From: the human T2T-CHM13v2.0 reference genome, Homo sapiens
Length of the DNA: 64,000 bases
Assembly: GCF_009914755.1 (NCBI RefSeq)
Contig: NC_060927.1
Strand: one strand, 5' to 3'
Shown in pieces: positions 15,138-28,006 of this stretch (the first letter of the stretch is position 1; each line of letters opens with the position of its first letter). The notes beneath the pieces were generated by a model, which saw only the letters and a list, made by a program, of their open reading frames with translations, searched no databases and had not been told where the DNA came from. The translations under genes were made by a program, and so were the position numbers.

Positions 15138-15760
15138 TCATAAAATCTTTGCCTGTGCCTATGTCCTGAATGATATTGCTTAGATTGTCTTCCAGGGATT
15201 TTTATAGTTTTGGACCCAACAATTCCATTACTAGGTATATGCCCAAAGGAATATAAATGATTCTATTATAAAGACACACACATGTGTATGTTCATTGCAG
15301 CACTATTCACAATAGCAAAGACGTGGAATCAACCTAAATGCCTATCAATGATAGATTGAACAAAGAAAAGTGGTACATATACACCACAAAATAATATGCA
15401 GTCATAAAAAAGAATGAGATCATGTCCTTTGCAGGGACATGGATAAAGATGGAGGCCATTATCCTTAGCAAACTAACACAGGAACAGAAAACCAAATACC
15501 GCATGTTCTCACTTATAAGTGGGAGATAAATGATGAGAACTCATGGACATCTAGAGGGGAACAACACACACTGGGGCCTTTCAAAGAATGGTGGGTGGGA
15601 GGAGGCAGAGGACCAGGAAAAACAACTAATGGGTACTAGAGTTAATACCTGGGTGACAAAGTAATCTGTACAACAAACCTCCATGATGCAAGTTAACCTA
15701 TGAAACAAGCCTGCACATGTACCCTTGAACTTAAAATAAAAGTTAAAGATAATAATAATA
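15138..15760 (+). mobile_element. L1PA13-like insertion with short 5' inversion
   Basis: Antisense ORF2 piece 15138-15213, then sense 3' end and (TAA)n tail. TSD ataataaaag(t/c)tca at 15124 and 15761. Confidence 0.9.
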
Positions 15761-17829
15761 ATAATAAAAGCTCAATTCACATAGAAGATATAGTTTGCAT
15801 GAACCTAATGAAATGGCCTCAAAATATATAAAGAAAAAAAAGTAGAAGTACAATAAAATTTGTATATCCATCTCCATAGTGGGAATTTCATCATACCTTT
15901 TAATTATTAATAGGTTAAGCAGACAAAAAATAATATACACACAGAAAAGATTTTAAAAATTGATCTAATAGTATTCTACACTCCAAATTATAGAATATAC
16001 ATTCTTCTCATCCACATTTATAATATTTAAAAAATTGATTACATGTATACTTGGCCATAAGGTAAGCCTGAATCATCCTAACTTAGTGCCCTAAAAAAAG
16101 AAAAGAGAAATATAAGATTGGAAAGAGAGGAACACCAAGGAATCTAACAAGAGTAGTTGAGTATAATATGAGGATATATAGCAAGTTGGCAAAATGTTAG
16201 ATTCACATGTAGTAATTAATTACATTTTTATAGAGTAGCAACAAAGAGAAAGTATAATTTTCACAATGTTATTTGTAATAGCAATAAAAATTGTAGTCTA
16301 CTAGGGAAAATCTAACAAAAGATGTGCAAGACAAATTAGTATTTTAAAACTTTATCCAAATAATTTAACCAAAACCTCAAATAATGGAGTGATATTTTAT
16401 ATGTGGATATAGCCACTGTTATAAAAATATCAAATGTTCTCAGATTAATATATAGCTTTAATGCTATTCCAATCCAAATTTGAACAGAGTTTTATAATCA
16501 AATTTTAATATTTGCATAGAAGAGAAAAGAGACAATACTAGCTAAGATACTTATGAGGAAGAATGAGGGATGATTTGTCCTAATACAAATTAAGGATTAT
16601 GATAAAACTGTAGTATTTAAGAAAGTACGACATTGGTACATGGATAGACAGACTGATAAATAGGACAGAATACAAGTTTAGGCATAGGAGAAACTGATAC
16701 AGACAGAAGTGGAATGGCTGGAGAAATGAAAGAGTATTCAATAAATGCAGTGAGAAACAAGTCAATTCATATAAAAATTAAGTTAGCCCCTTTCTTTCAT
16801 CATATTAAAATGAATTGCTAATGATGTAAATATTTCTATGTTAAATATAAAACAATTTTTGAAGAAATTATAGGAGGGATCCCCCTGAAACTAGGGTAAA
16901 GAAGACTTTCTTAAACAATGCATAAAGAGCATTAACTCCACAAGAAAAGATTAATTAATAAGATTGATTAATTTAACAATTTTTCAAAATAAAATTAAAA
17001 AACAAGTCAGAAGCTCTGTGAAGATATTTGCAAAACATATAATCAACAAAAGATTATTGTCTTAAATATTTGAAAAAAGCAACAACTTATATATCAGTAC
17101 TACAATTACCATGTAGAAATCTGGGCAAAAGACATGAGCAGTTTTGAATAACAGAAAACATTTTGCCAACCAAAATTATAAAAAGAAGCTCAATTTCATT
17201 AATAATAAGGGAAATGCAAATTAAGATGCAATGAGATTTTATACCCACTCAGTTGGCAGAAACTAAGAATCTGACAACACAATAATTGAACAAGATATGG
17301 AAACTTTTAGTAATTGTTGCTATGGTATTTATTATTATCAGTTAAATCCTTTTAAGTATGTCATCTGTTTCTTACCAGGGCACTGACTAATATACATTCT
17401 TGCTTATGTTCCAGTTGTTAGACTCATGGTTGTTGGGTATATTCTTGCACTAAATAACATATTTGTTAGAACAAATATTATTTTAAAACACGTTTTATAT
17501 TGTTTTATGTGTTAAAAAGTAAAATATAAATTTTAAAAATAACAAATATGGTTATTATCAATATAATGTCAATTAAGACATCAGTGAATTGTATTTGTGT
17601 TTATATTTCCAGCTTCAATGGCACTTAATTAAATACCATCTTTTATTGATATTAATCTTATTTATAAATAAACTTTTCCGAAGTATTTGAATTCCTGCTT
17701 TTGTATGAAATAGGTTTCTGAAACTTTCCTATTCCTGAAACTTAGTTGTAGTCTTCCTAAATGGTGACTATAATAAAATCCCAATTTTCTAATTTCAAAA
17801 TTATTTATTGTGTTTTACAGGTCAAAAAA

Positions 17830-18020
17830 GTGCTTTTAAATATACTTAACTCTCACGGTAAGCCTGAGCAGTGGAAAAAGACAGTCAATTAGAGTGACTA
17901 TTTAAATAAATAGATAGTCACCTACAGGTTAAGTCACCCACAGAGGTCCATACAACCAGCTAGTTGCATAGTTTGTACTTGACTTCTAATTCCTTGTCCA
18001 TTCTTTCCTCTACACCATTT
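17830..18020 (-). mobile_element. MIR remnant
   Basis: caggttaagtcacccacagaggtccatacaaccagctagttg resembles the antisense MIR core. Confidence 0.45.
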
Positions 18021-19974
18021 TACCTCTAAAGATAATAATAAGCTTGTAAATCTGTAAAATATTTCGCCACTTTCAAAATACCTTCCATATCACGTCATGT
18101 GTTTTGATTCCCACATTCACCCTTGAGTTTCTTTAGCATATTTCTTTCTTCTCACAACATACATAGAGCATAATTTAAACAAAACATAGTATTAACTATT
18201 AACATAAAAGATTTACTTGTTAAAAATTTTCTAGATAATTAAGCCAAAATAACAATAAAATAACCTTGGTTTTGTTTCACAAACCCCATAGTTGTAGTCA
18301 CTGATTTGTCTAAGAAATAAATAAAAATAATTACTTTGAAAGCTCCTTCATGGTTTCTTTTGAAAGAACAAATGAATGAATGAAAGAATGAATCAACAGT
18401 GATAAGGTGCAAAACAGTTTTTGCTTTTCTGAACTTTGTGAAAATAGAAAAGAATTTTTTCCTCCCGGCTAGAAATCTATTACATTGCATCTATCAAAGA
18501 CAAACAAAATCTTTCCAGAAATTTTTCTTTAAGGTGCTATGACATGTAATGTGTATTATACAAATAAATAAAGTATGAATATAAAACAGTATGATTTATT
18601 TTTATTCTTATTAGTAAACATCTTGATCAAAATTTTCTCTCTACCCCCCTAATATCTATGTGATCTTGCCAGTGAATGGTAGTCTGGTTATAGGCAAGCT
18701 ACATCTCACATCCCATTAAACCCACCTGCTCACACTTGGCAGGATTTGGCCAGTGCTGCTGCTCATTAGGGGCTCTGGCAGAGAGAAAGGGTGGGTGGAA
18801 GAGGCAATGAAACCAGTGCCTGAAGAGTGAAACTGAGGTTTAGGTTTTATGTGGGATTTTATTTGGTGAGTGGTTACACTGCTTTTCATTATACCAGATA
18901 ACAGGTTGCTGGCAGCATATTTAAAAGATATGAAACTTTTAAGGGGCTGAAAATGAAATTAAAGCTTGATGAAATAAATCCTAATCTGTACCCCACATTC
19001 ATATGTGTGCCAGGAAATGAACACACTAGTGCTTTAATTGTAATCAGGCTGTTCCCTTAAAGGCAGCAACAATATCCACTTTGCTGCACATGGAGAATCT
19101 AGGAAACAATGCCATTAAGAGTTTATATGCCATCTTATGCTCCACTTTCTTCATAACATTACATCACTTCTACAGGCATTTTCTGCCCCATTTACTAAAC
19201 TGGCTCCAGTCAATGAAGTTGTGTATTATATGCCCCCAGGGAAGAAAATAATGCAAGAGTTTTACTGTCCCTGTTAATGCCATTTAATACATTACTCAAA
19301 CACATACTAAAGACCAACAGTTCTAATTACACAACTTTGGTTTTAAGTGGCTTCCAAACTGACTTCTTAACTGGCAATTTCTCAAAAGCTCTTGTCTTCC
19401 CAAACTTCTTTTTGGAGGATTGGAGAGTCAAGAGAATGCAGTTTGAGATGCTGCAAAGGCTCTGGGTTGTTTGTTATGCTATAACTTCATTGTCTAAAAA
19501 TGAAGAGAAAGAGTGGTATCCAGCCTGTTGTGTTGCTTTGTTTTTATTAAGTTTTATGTTTTACATGTTGCTCAAACTGGAATTAATCCTCACCTACCTC
19601 TTGGGAGGCTAATGTCTTTGAAAAATGGTTTAACATTCTAAAAGTGGTATGAGTCCAAAAGTAGGAGTGAATAGTGAGGTAGAACAGCATTCCATTTCTT
19701 TTTTTGGAGGACTTGGATTTCACTCCACTCCTTTTGAGTAGGAGAAAACAGATCTGTCTTTTCTCTGTTTGGATAAGGAGGGGAGAGGGCTTAAAGAAGA
19801 GAAACATTTTTAGTACCAGCTGTTCCCTAACTCAAGCCCTGCATAAATTTATTCTTTCCTGAGCTGGAGATACTAGAACAAACCCAAGAAAATGGAAAAT
19901 ATAAAGTGAATAAATGAAGCCGTTTTGATTTTAAGTTACAAATGTTTTAGAGGAGAGCCAAAAAGCTAAGGGAT

Positions 19975-20211
19975 AAATTAACCACAGTTCAATCCCAAAC
20001 CAGTGATAAGAACGTAGATATCTAAAAAAAAATCTCTGGGCTATGCTCTAGTGGGAGAGCTTTCAAAGCATCCCTGTGTTATAAACCCCAGTGGCCAATT
20101 CTTTTTACAAGATTCTTTAACATTTTTAGCAAACATCATCAGATATGTGAATCAAGTACTGCCACCTCAAGACTAAGCAACTAGCTCTCTTAGTTTTGAT
20201 AAATGTGGTTT
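19975..20211. repeat. Segment A, donor of the direct duplicate at 21288-21525
   Basis: About 12 differences over ~237 bp, counted by eye. Confidence 0.95.
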
Positions 20212-20628
20212 AATACCTGGTACAGTCTTAAGACTTAATATAGTCTTAATATTAGGATCTTATTATCAAAACCTCATATTTCCATTTAATATTTAGCATT
20301 TTTTCCACCAATTTTAAGGTCATGTTTAAGATTTAACCCATAAACATATTGCTATCTAAATTACAAAGCAGGTTTGGGATGTGCGTGCTTAAGCTCAAGA
20401 AGAATTTAACTATTTCAGTATAAATGATAAAATAGAAATGCAAATGAATAAGCATGTCAAATGGAATTTTTAAATAATGTTTCAGTATGGATGCGTATTT
20501 TTTCCATGTTTTGTCTATTGACAATATGTCTGTTTAATGTGTACAGCCTCCAGGCAAGCTACAATTTGATTTTCTCTTGCCCCACTCATTTCTTCTATGA
20601 CTAAATATGTACTAGACAAACATGTTTG

Positions 20629-20866
20629 GGCCAGGCACTGTGGCCCATTCTGTACTCACAGCAATTTGCGAGGCCATGGTGGGAAGATCACTTGAGCCCA
20701 GGAGTTCAATACCAGCCTGGCAACAAAGCAAGACTCCCATGTCTACAAAGCATAAGAAAATTAGCTGGGCATGGTGGTGTATGCTTGTAGTCTAGCTACT
20801 CAGGAGATGGAGGCAGGAGGATCACTTGAGCCCAGGGGTTTGAGGTTGCAGTGAACCATGATTACT
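20629..20866 (+). mobile_element. AluJ, 3'-truncated, no tail
   Basis: Alu sequence stops after gcagtgaaccatgattac. Confidence 0.9.
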
Positions 20867-21039
20867 CGACAATCATTTTTTTCTGTTAAATCCACCAAAA
20901 CTTTTCATTTCTTTCAGTGGCATCAATTTTCTGGATTTGGTAAAACAAAAAATTTGTATCTTTTTCTCTACACTTTAGTATAGGTTTTATATTATTCCTT
21001 AACTTTTTCATCCTTCAAAACCTAAACTCTGCCACATGA

Positions 21040-21155
21040 AAAGTCATGGATTTTGGAGCTCATCAGACCTGAGTACAGTCCCCATTTCTATCACCTGCTA
21101 GTGTGTGGTCTTTTAAACTTCTCATGAGCATCAGTTTTCTCATATAGAAAATGAA
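21040..21155 (+). mobile_element. MIR
   Basis: cagacctgagt...tgagcatcagttttctcatatagaaaatg. Confidence 0.6.
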
Positions 21156-21681
21156 ACTGCTTTGTAGGTGTAGTATAAAAAGTAGAGCTACTGTGAAAAA
21201 TGGTGTTCAACTGATGGAAGCTCTTAATCTAAGGATCTAAGGGAAAGTCAAATGAGGAAAGATTGAAACGCCATGCTTGCCCCTTTCAAATTAACCACAG
21301 TTCAATCCAAAACCGGGGATAAGAACATAGATATCTAAAAAAAAATCTCTGGGCTATGCTCTAGTGGGAGAGTTTTCAAAGCATCCCTGTGTTATAAACG
21401 CCAGTGGCCAATTCTTTTTAAAAGATTCTTCAACACTTTTTAGCAAACATCATCAGATATGCGAATCAAGTACTGCCATCTCAAGACTAAGCAACTAGCT
21501 CTCTTAGTTTTGATAAAAGTGGTTTGTAGATGTAGTATTAAAAAAACTGCTTTGTAGGTATAGTATAAAAAGTAGAGATACTGTAAAAAATGATGTTCAG
21601 CTGATGAAAGCTCTTAACCTAAGGATTTAAGGGAAAGTCAAATGAGGAAGGATTGAAATGCCATGCTTGCCCCTTTCAAAT
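21154..21681. repeat. Complex duplication B-A'-b-B'
   Basis: B 21154-21291 vs B' 21544-21681 differ at 10/138 positions. A' is 21288-21525. b (21523-21545) copies 21161-21181. Confidence 0.95.
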
Positions 21682-22459
21682 AGGGCACCATGTGTACTAG
21701 GCCTGAAGACTATAGAAGCAGCAGATGGTCCACAAGAGAGCAAGGAGATTTGTTTCAGAAAGGAGTCCTTGGCTACGACTTCACTTCCCAAGTGACTAAC
21801 TCATCTGGGCAAAGGAAGAGAAGCCTGAAACTTTCAGATTGCTGTGAGGGGAAGTCAGTCTGACAGGCTGAGTTGCCTTTCTTGTCCTTGGCATTGTAAC
21901 ACTGCACAGTCTTCTGTTGTTTCTGGAACCACTCAAGCATATAATGAATGGAGTACCACTGATTGGAAACGTTCGGCCCTAGATGATATTTCCGCAAGTT
22001 GTTTTCCTTCTACAACTTGGTAATGGATTTTTCTAACTTTAACAGAATGGTTGAAGTGTCTCTTGGTTTTATATGCTGTTGCCTGCTCTGGGTCCAACTC
22101 TGTCCAGTTATCATGTCATTTTTTTTTCAGCACCGAAAGTCAACTACTCTCCAAAATCTTAAATGTTTTTCTTGGAGAGCTACATGATCCTAAGCAAACA
22201 AACAAACTGAAGAGCCATTCTGGCTTTTCTGAAGAAACTGAAACTTTTTTTTCTTTAATGAATGAGCTGACTTTTTGGAACTGTAGCTTAGGTTCACTGA
22301 ATTCTGCAGAGGTCAGGGGAGAGTAAGGAATGTTTGACAGTTTTGGGGCAGGAGGGAGATGGTGCTCTGTGAGGCTGACTGGGTTTGGTACCAGCACCTG
22401 GTAGGCCAATTGAAGGATAAGGCAGAGGTCTGAGTTGTGAATAGTAATGAAACATTGTG

Positions 22460-22880
22460 AAGACAGACTAGCCAGTTTTACCTGTGTTAAAATCTCAGCT
22501 CTACTAGTAACTAGATGGGTGAACTTAGACAAAGTTATTAAAATCTATGAGCTTCCATTTTCACATTTGTGTAGTGCAGTGAGAATTAACATGTATTAAG
22601 TACTTATTCTATGCTGGCCACTATTCTAAGCATGTTGTCTGTGATGTCTCAATTAATTTTCACAACAATCCTATGGAGCATAAAGCAAATATTATTATTT
22701 AGATTGTACAAAGATGAGGAAACTAAGGGAAAGGATACCTGGTCAAAGGTAACCAAGTTAGCAATAACAAGGTTAGAATCTGAATCTAGGCAATTTGGCT
22801 CTAAAGCTTATATTTTTAACCAATATTGTGTGATTAAGTCACTTAATGTATTTCCTGGCATGTAATTAGCATTTAATAAA
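22460..22880. mobile_element. MIR (+) with an antisense MIR (~22590-22830) nested or adjacent
   Basis: tgagcttccattttcacatttgt (+); tgtacaaagatgaggaaactaagg (-). Confidence 0.65.
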
Positions 22881-22888
22881 TCAGAGTT

Positions 22889-23928
22889 TTATTTTTTTCT
22901 TCAACTTTTATTTTAAGTTCAGAGGTACATGTGCAGGATGTGCAGTTTTATTACATAGGTAAACGTGTGCCATGGTGGTTTGATGCACAGATCATCCCAT
23001 CACCTAGTTATTAAGCCCAGAATCCATTAGCTGTTCTTCCTAATGTTCTCCCTCCCCCAACCCTCCACCCAACAGGCCCCGATGTATGTTGTTCCCTGCC
23101 ATGTGTCCAGGTGTTCTCATAATTCAGCTCCCATTTATAAATGGGAACATGTGGTGTTTGGTTTTCTGTTCCTGTGTCAGTTTTCTCAGGATAATGTCTT
23201 CCAACTTCATCCATGTCCCAGTAAAGGACATGATATTGTTTATTTTTATGGCTGCATAATATTCCATGGTGTATATGTACCACATTTTCTTTATCCAGTC
23301 TACCACTCATGGGTGTTTAGGTTGATTCCATGTCTTTGCTATTGTGAATAGTGCTGCAATGAACATATGTGTGCATATATCTTTATAATAGAATGATTTA
23401 TATTCCTTTGGGTATATACCCAGTAATCGGATTGCTGGGTCAAATGGGTATTTCTGACTCTAGGTCTTTGAGATATCACCACACTGTCTTCCACGATGAT
23501 TGAACTATTAATTAATTTACACTCCCACCAATAGTGTAAAAATGTTCTTTTTTCTCCCCAACCTTGTTAGCATCTGTTGGCTTTTGACTTTTCAATAATC
23601 GCCATTCTGACTGGCGTGAGATGGTATCTCATCGTCGTTTTGATTTGCATTTCTCTAATGATCAGTGATGTTGAGTTTTTTTGATATGTTTTTTGGCCAC
23701 ATGTATGTCTTCTTTTAAGAAGTATCTGTTCATGTTCTTTGTCCACTTTTTAATGGGGTTGTTTGGTTTTTTCTTGTACGTTTGTTTAAGTTCCTTGTAG
23801 ACTCTAGATATTAAACCTTTGTCAGATGGATAGATTGCAAAAATTTTCTCCCATTCTGTCGGTTGTCTGTTGACTCTGATGATAGTTTCTTTTGTTGTGC
23901 AGAAGCTCTTTAGTTTAATTAGATCCCA
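22889..23928 (-). mobile_element. 5'-truncated L1PA8/L1PA10-like LINE-1 (3'UTR plus ORF2 C-terminus)
   Basis: Antisense L1PA 3' end. ORF 23124-23306 translates to L1 ORF2 C-terminus (WIKKMWYIYTMEYYAAIK). Approximate TSD taaatcagag/taaatgagag. Confidence 0.93.
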
Positions 23929-23951
23929 ATTAAATGAGAGATTTCAATATA

Positions 23952-24401
23952 TAGTTGATTCTTGAAAATTTGGGAGTTAGGGGCACTAACCCCTTGCACA
24001 GTTGAAAATCTGCATATAAATTTTGACTCTGCAAAAACTTAATTACCAATTGACTTACTGTTGAACTGTTGACCAGAAGCCTTACTGATGACATAAACAT
24101 TTGATTATCACATATTTTATATGTTACATGTACTGTATACCATATTTTTAACAATAGAGTAAGCTAGAGAAAAGAAAATGTTATTAAGAAAAGCATAAGG
24201 AAGAGGAAACATACTTACTATTTATTAAGTGGAAGTGGATTATCACAAAAGTCTTCACCATTGTTGCCTTCGCATTAAGTAAGCTGAGGGGGAGGAGGAG
24301 GTTGGAGAGGTTGGCTTTTCTAAGGGGTGGCAGAAGCAGAAGGAAATCCTTACATATGTAGACTTGCACAGTTCAAACATGTATTGTTCAAGGATCGCCT
24401 G
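23952..24401. mobile_element. Tigger2a (MER28)-like DNA transposon
   Basis: TIR-like ends agttgattcttgaa / tgttcaaggatcgcctg; interior gtaagctagagaaaagaaaatgttattaagaaaa. Confidence 0.85.
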
Positions 24402-25520
24402 GGTTTATAATATATATTATTTGTATATTTAAATATATATGTTTGTGATTTTTTAAAGGTTTATTTCTGGAACTTTAAGCAAGAATTAGAAAACTTTAAT
24501 CTGCTAAAAGATTAATAAGCTTTGAGAATTTGTAGAGTTGATAGCTACACTGGTCACTGATTTAGGAAGGTCCATACCCATTTGAATACTGAGCATAAAC
24601 TTAGGAAAATTAGAAAGATGTTCTAGAGTTAGTAAAGGCATAAGATAAGGGTCTTTTCTTTTCCCCTCTACTATTTATGATATGATTTTCTCTCATAGAA
24701 AGGGAAAAAATAAGTAAAGGTGTTTTTACTTTTTACTACTATTCTGCCTTGTTTTGCTTTGCTGTAAATTGATATGACTTTATGATTCGTTTCCCCTAAT
24801 GATTTTTGGATTCATATTTTTTTCAGTCAGTCAATTAAACTTTCAGTGGTTGAGTTTCTATGCTCTAGACACTATGAGGGCACAATTCTGACTCAGTGGT
24901 TACATGATAGTCACCAATACTAAGCCTTAATTATTTCATGAAAAGTCCCTGCTCTAGTCCATCTTGAATATAAAACTAAAAAATTAACTATAGGGATGTC
25001 TATATGCCTTCTATTAGCCTCATCTTACTTATCTCACTTCAGCATGTAAAAATATAATCATAATAACTACTTAATTAGTTTTAAAACTTCAGTACAGATT
25101 TTAAAGTATGAAATCAGCTATACTTATTTTCAGATTTCAATTTAATAATTTTTTCTTTGGAGTTCCTTAAAATATTCCTTGATTTTCAACATTATCTCCT
25201 AATGTGATCAACTCTCTTCAGCCCACTCGTATTCCTTTTTCCAATCTTACCCTGTTTTCTTAGTCTCTGAGACTTTGCTTATATTGATCACATGTCTGGG
25301 ATGTGTTCTCCTCACCAATGGAATCTTGTTAATCTAACTTCAAATTTACCTTGTCCAAAAATGTTTTTGCAGTAAACTTTACCTAGGATAATTCTTTGTA
25401 TCTTAAATATAGAATAAGTTTTCGATAAATTGTTAATTATACACAGATAGATGTTTTGTGACTTTCTTACTAAGCATGTATTTAGATACATATAGCAAAA
25501 GGTAATCAGTTGTGAAACCA

Positions 25521-25576
25521 TTATGTGTGATTCACATAATGAGTTGTGTGATTCACATAATGAGTTATGTGAATCA
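25521..25576. repeat. 21-bp tandem duplication plus 12-bp perfect inverted repeat
   Basis: (tgtgtgattcacataatgagt)x2; tgattcacataa-tgag-ttatgtgaatca. Confidence 0.9.
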
Positions 25577-26054
25577 AGGGGTTGCCAAGTCCTGCCATCG
25601 ATACTCAGTTTGGATGATGTTCTCTTCCATAGGGTGAAAAGTTGCTTTACAAATGCTCCCTACGTATGTCGTTTGTGTTTAGTTTCTTATACTACTTTGT
25701 TTTGAGTAAGGAAAATTGATTTTTAATTTATTCCATTTAATTATGTCATCTGGTCTCCTTTCAAGTTCCTATTTAAATGGCTTCTGAAATAATAAAAACA
25801 TATAAATAGTTCTTTATTCTAGATTAAGTCAAATTTTTTATTTCTTCATAATTGTTTAAATTAAAAAAACTCAGTATACTTTTGCTCTTTCTTCTATATT
25901 TAAACCTTAATAAATTCTGATATATATGAGCTACTTCAGGATTCAATTGCATTTTTAATAACTGTGCTTTTCTACATGTTTAATAAATCAACCAATGAAT
26001 GAGCAAAGAAATCAATAAATGAAGATAAATACAACAACTAACTAAAAAGAGCCT

Positions 26055-26122
26055 TTGGGTAGGGGAAGCCCTACCCAATATTCAAGAATATTTTGATATT
26101 CTTGAATGAATTCACATGTGAA
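26055..26122. repeat. Three consecutive perfect inverted repeats
   Basis: ttgggtaggg-gaag-ccctacccaa; attcaagaatat-tttg-atattcttgaat; ttcacatgtgaa. Confidence 0.9.
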
Positions 26123-28006
26123 ATCCAGATTCATGCAGTGTATAAACTGAGTTTAGCAACCAAAGCCTGACATGCTGGCAATTTCAGCAGACTAGCAAAA
26201 GCTGTTATTTTTGATTGAAGAATAGAAATTTGCATTGATTATCAAAACAGACTGACATTCATTTGCATGAACATGATAAACCTACAGCAAGCATGCTAGC
26301 CAAATAGCACATTTATCAGAAAAATAGCTTCAGTGTGAAATTAATAAGTTGTTTTCCTTTTTTTCAACATGGGCAATAGGAACTTTTTGGTTTTGTTTAA
26401 GTATTATCTATTCCAGCTTATACATTGTTTACTTTTCATAATGTAATAATAACACCATGGCACCAATGCATTCTTTCCATGTGAGATAATTACATAAATT
26501 AAGTTAGTCCAATACTTACACCTAGCCTGAGTTCAAAACAGTTTTTTAATGTTTTGATTATAAGCAAGTAAATGAGCATATGTCCAATTACATTTTGGGT
26601 GCAATAGCTTTAGCCACCACATTTTGGCATTTTATTTTATTAGCTAAAAGTTCACATATGGTTTCCATGTCTCCAAGCTGTCTTTAAAGATACAAGACTT
26701 GTATAACCTAACATTGTTTTCTTTCCTCCTCTCTCCCCAGACCCCTCCCTATGTTCCCCATGTCTCACATACGCTCCCTCATAGAGGCACCCCTCTTAGG
26801 TTTTTAAGATTATATGTGCAAATAGTGAAAACCTGAAAGTTTGCAGATGCTTTCAAGGAATAATAAAAGAATTTTCCAACCCTAAAATTTTTACCTAATA
26901 AAGTATTCTGAAATGAATTCAAAAATGTTTACTATAGAAGCAGCAGTATTAATGTACAAATATATACAAGTTACAATTACTATTTAGCTGCTTCATTCTT
27001 TGGCTTGATGCTACACACTAGCATTATTGTCACCCTTTTCCTCCTCAAGACCCTCCTCAGCAGCTTTGGGATAAAGGAAGGGGAAACTTAGTGAACATCT
27101 TAAAGGTTGAAATGTATAAGACACAGCCTTGCTGGTGAAGGACACAGAATAAGGGAGCACAAAGAACACATTCAGTTCCTTTTGGCTTCAACATTCTTCT
27201 CTGTGTATCTGTGTTACTGATATGGTTAATGGTTTGGAAAACTGCAAGACTTGCATATTCTGGCCAGGGCTTAAAGACAACCTTTCTGAACAACCAACTA
27301 ACAACTTGGTTACTTTTTAGGCTGTTGCTTTTAGCGTTTCAAAAGCCTTGGAGTAAATCAAATGTCTTTACTTTTTTTTAGTTGCCTCACCTGTTTATTG
27401 GAAATATCATATTTAATTTACAAAGAAAGTGGGGATTTTAATATATTGTTGATTTACAAAGGTTTCTAAAACTTCATATACAAGCAGTATTCAACTGATA
27501 TAGGATATTCTTCAAGTTCAATATATATATTTAAGAAGAAAAAATCGTAAGACTATGAAATAGTCAACTGTGTAAAATGTTGAACTGTGTTAAATGTAAA
27601 CTCCTGCATGCTATAGATCTTCATGCAGTAGATCTGACTTCTAGCTTTCAAACACATAACTTTTTCAAATTCCATTATTTGCAGGCAACCCCTTAAGAAG
27701 CAGGACATGGAATATTTTGTCATTTTCATTCTGAGGAACAGACTGGTTGGGTGCACTAGGCAGCTGATATGATGGGAAATCCTGCTGTCCATGAAAGAAA
27801 GTTAATGGATTTTTATAATGGTGCCAATCATATGGTAGAAATTATCCTTTCAATATTAGAGAATTTGATTAAAGGAATTACGTGAATTAGAAATTTTGAA
27901 GAATTTCATTGAAAAGCATTTTAAAGGTAATGCAAATTTTTGATTGAAAATATTTTGGTAATAAGTCATACATGCATGAGCTGTAAAATTCAAAGATTAT
28001 TAAAAG

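Larger units (their letters stand above)
13740..17310 (+). mobile_element. Fragmented old L1ME/L1MC ORF2 host with nested Alu, L1MB, MLT1A and L1PA
   Basis: A-rich degenerate sense ORF2 motifs (gaatatacattcttctca, aatgctattccaatc, gaaatgcaaattaa). Confidence 0.65.

Noticed and set aside
17310-17396. Possible old ERVL LTR 3' end (catctgtttcttaccagggcactgactaatataca)
   Set aside because: Too short and diverged to call confidently.
21773-21997. 74-aa ORF in a slightly GC-richer unique stretch
   Set aside because: No recognisable protein similarity and no convincing flanking splice sites; non-ATG start.
25521-25576. Short palindromic direct repeats resembling a CRISPR repeat
   Set aside because: Only two abutting units with no spacers, in primate DNA.
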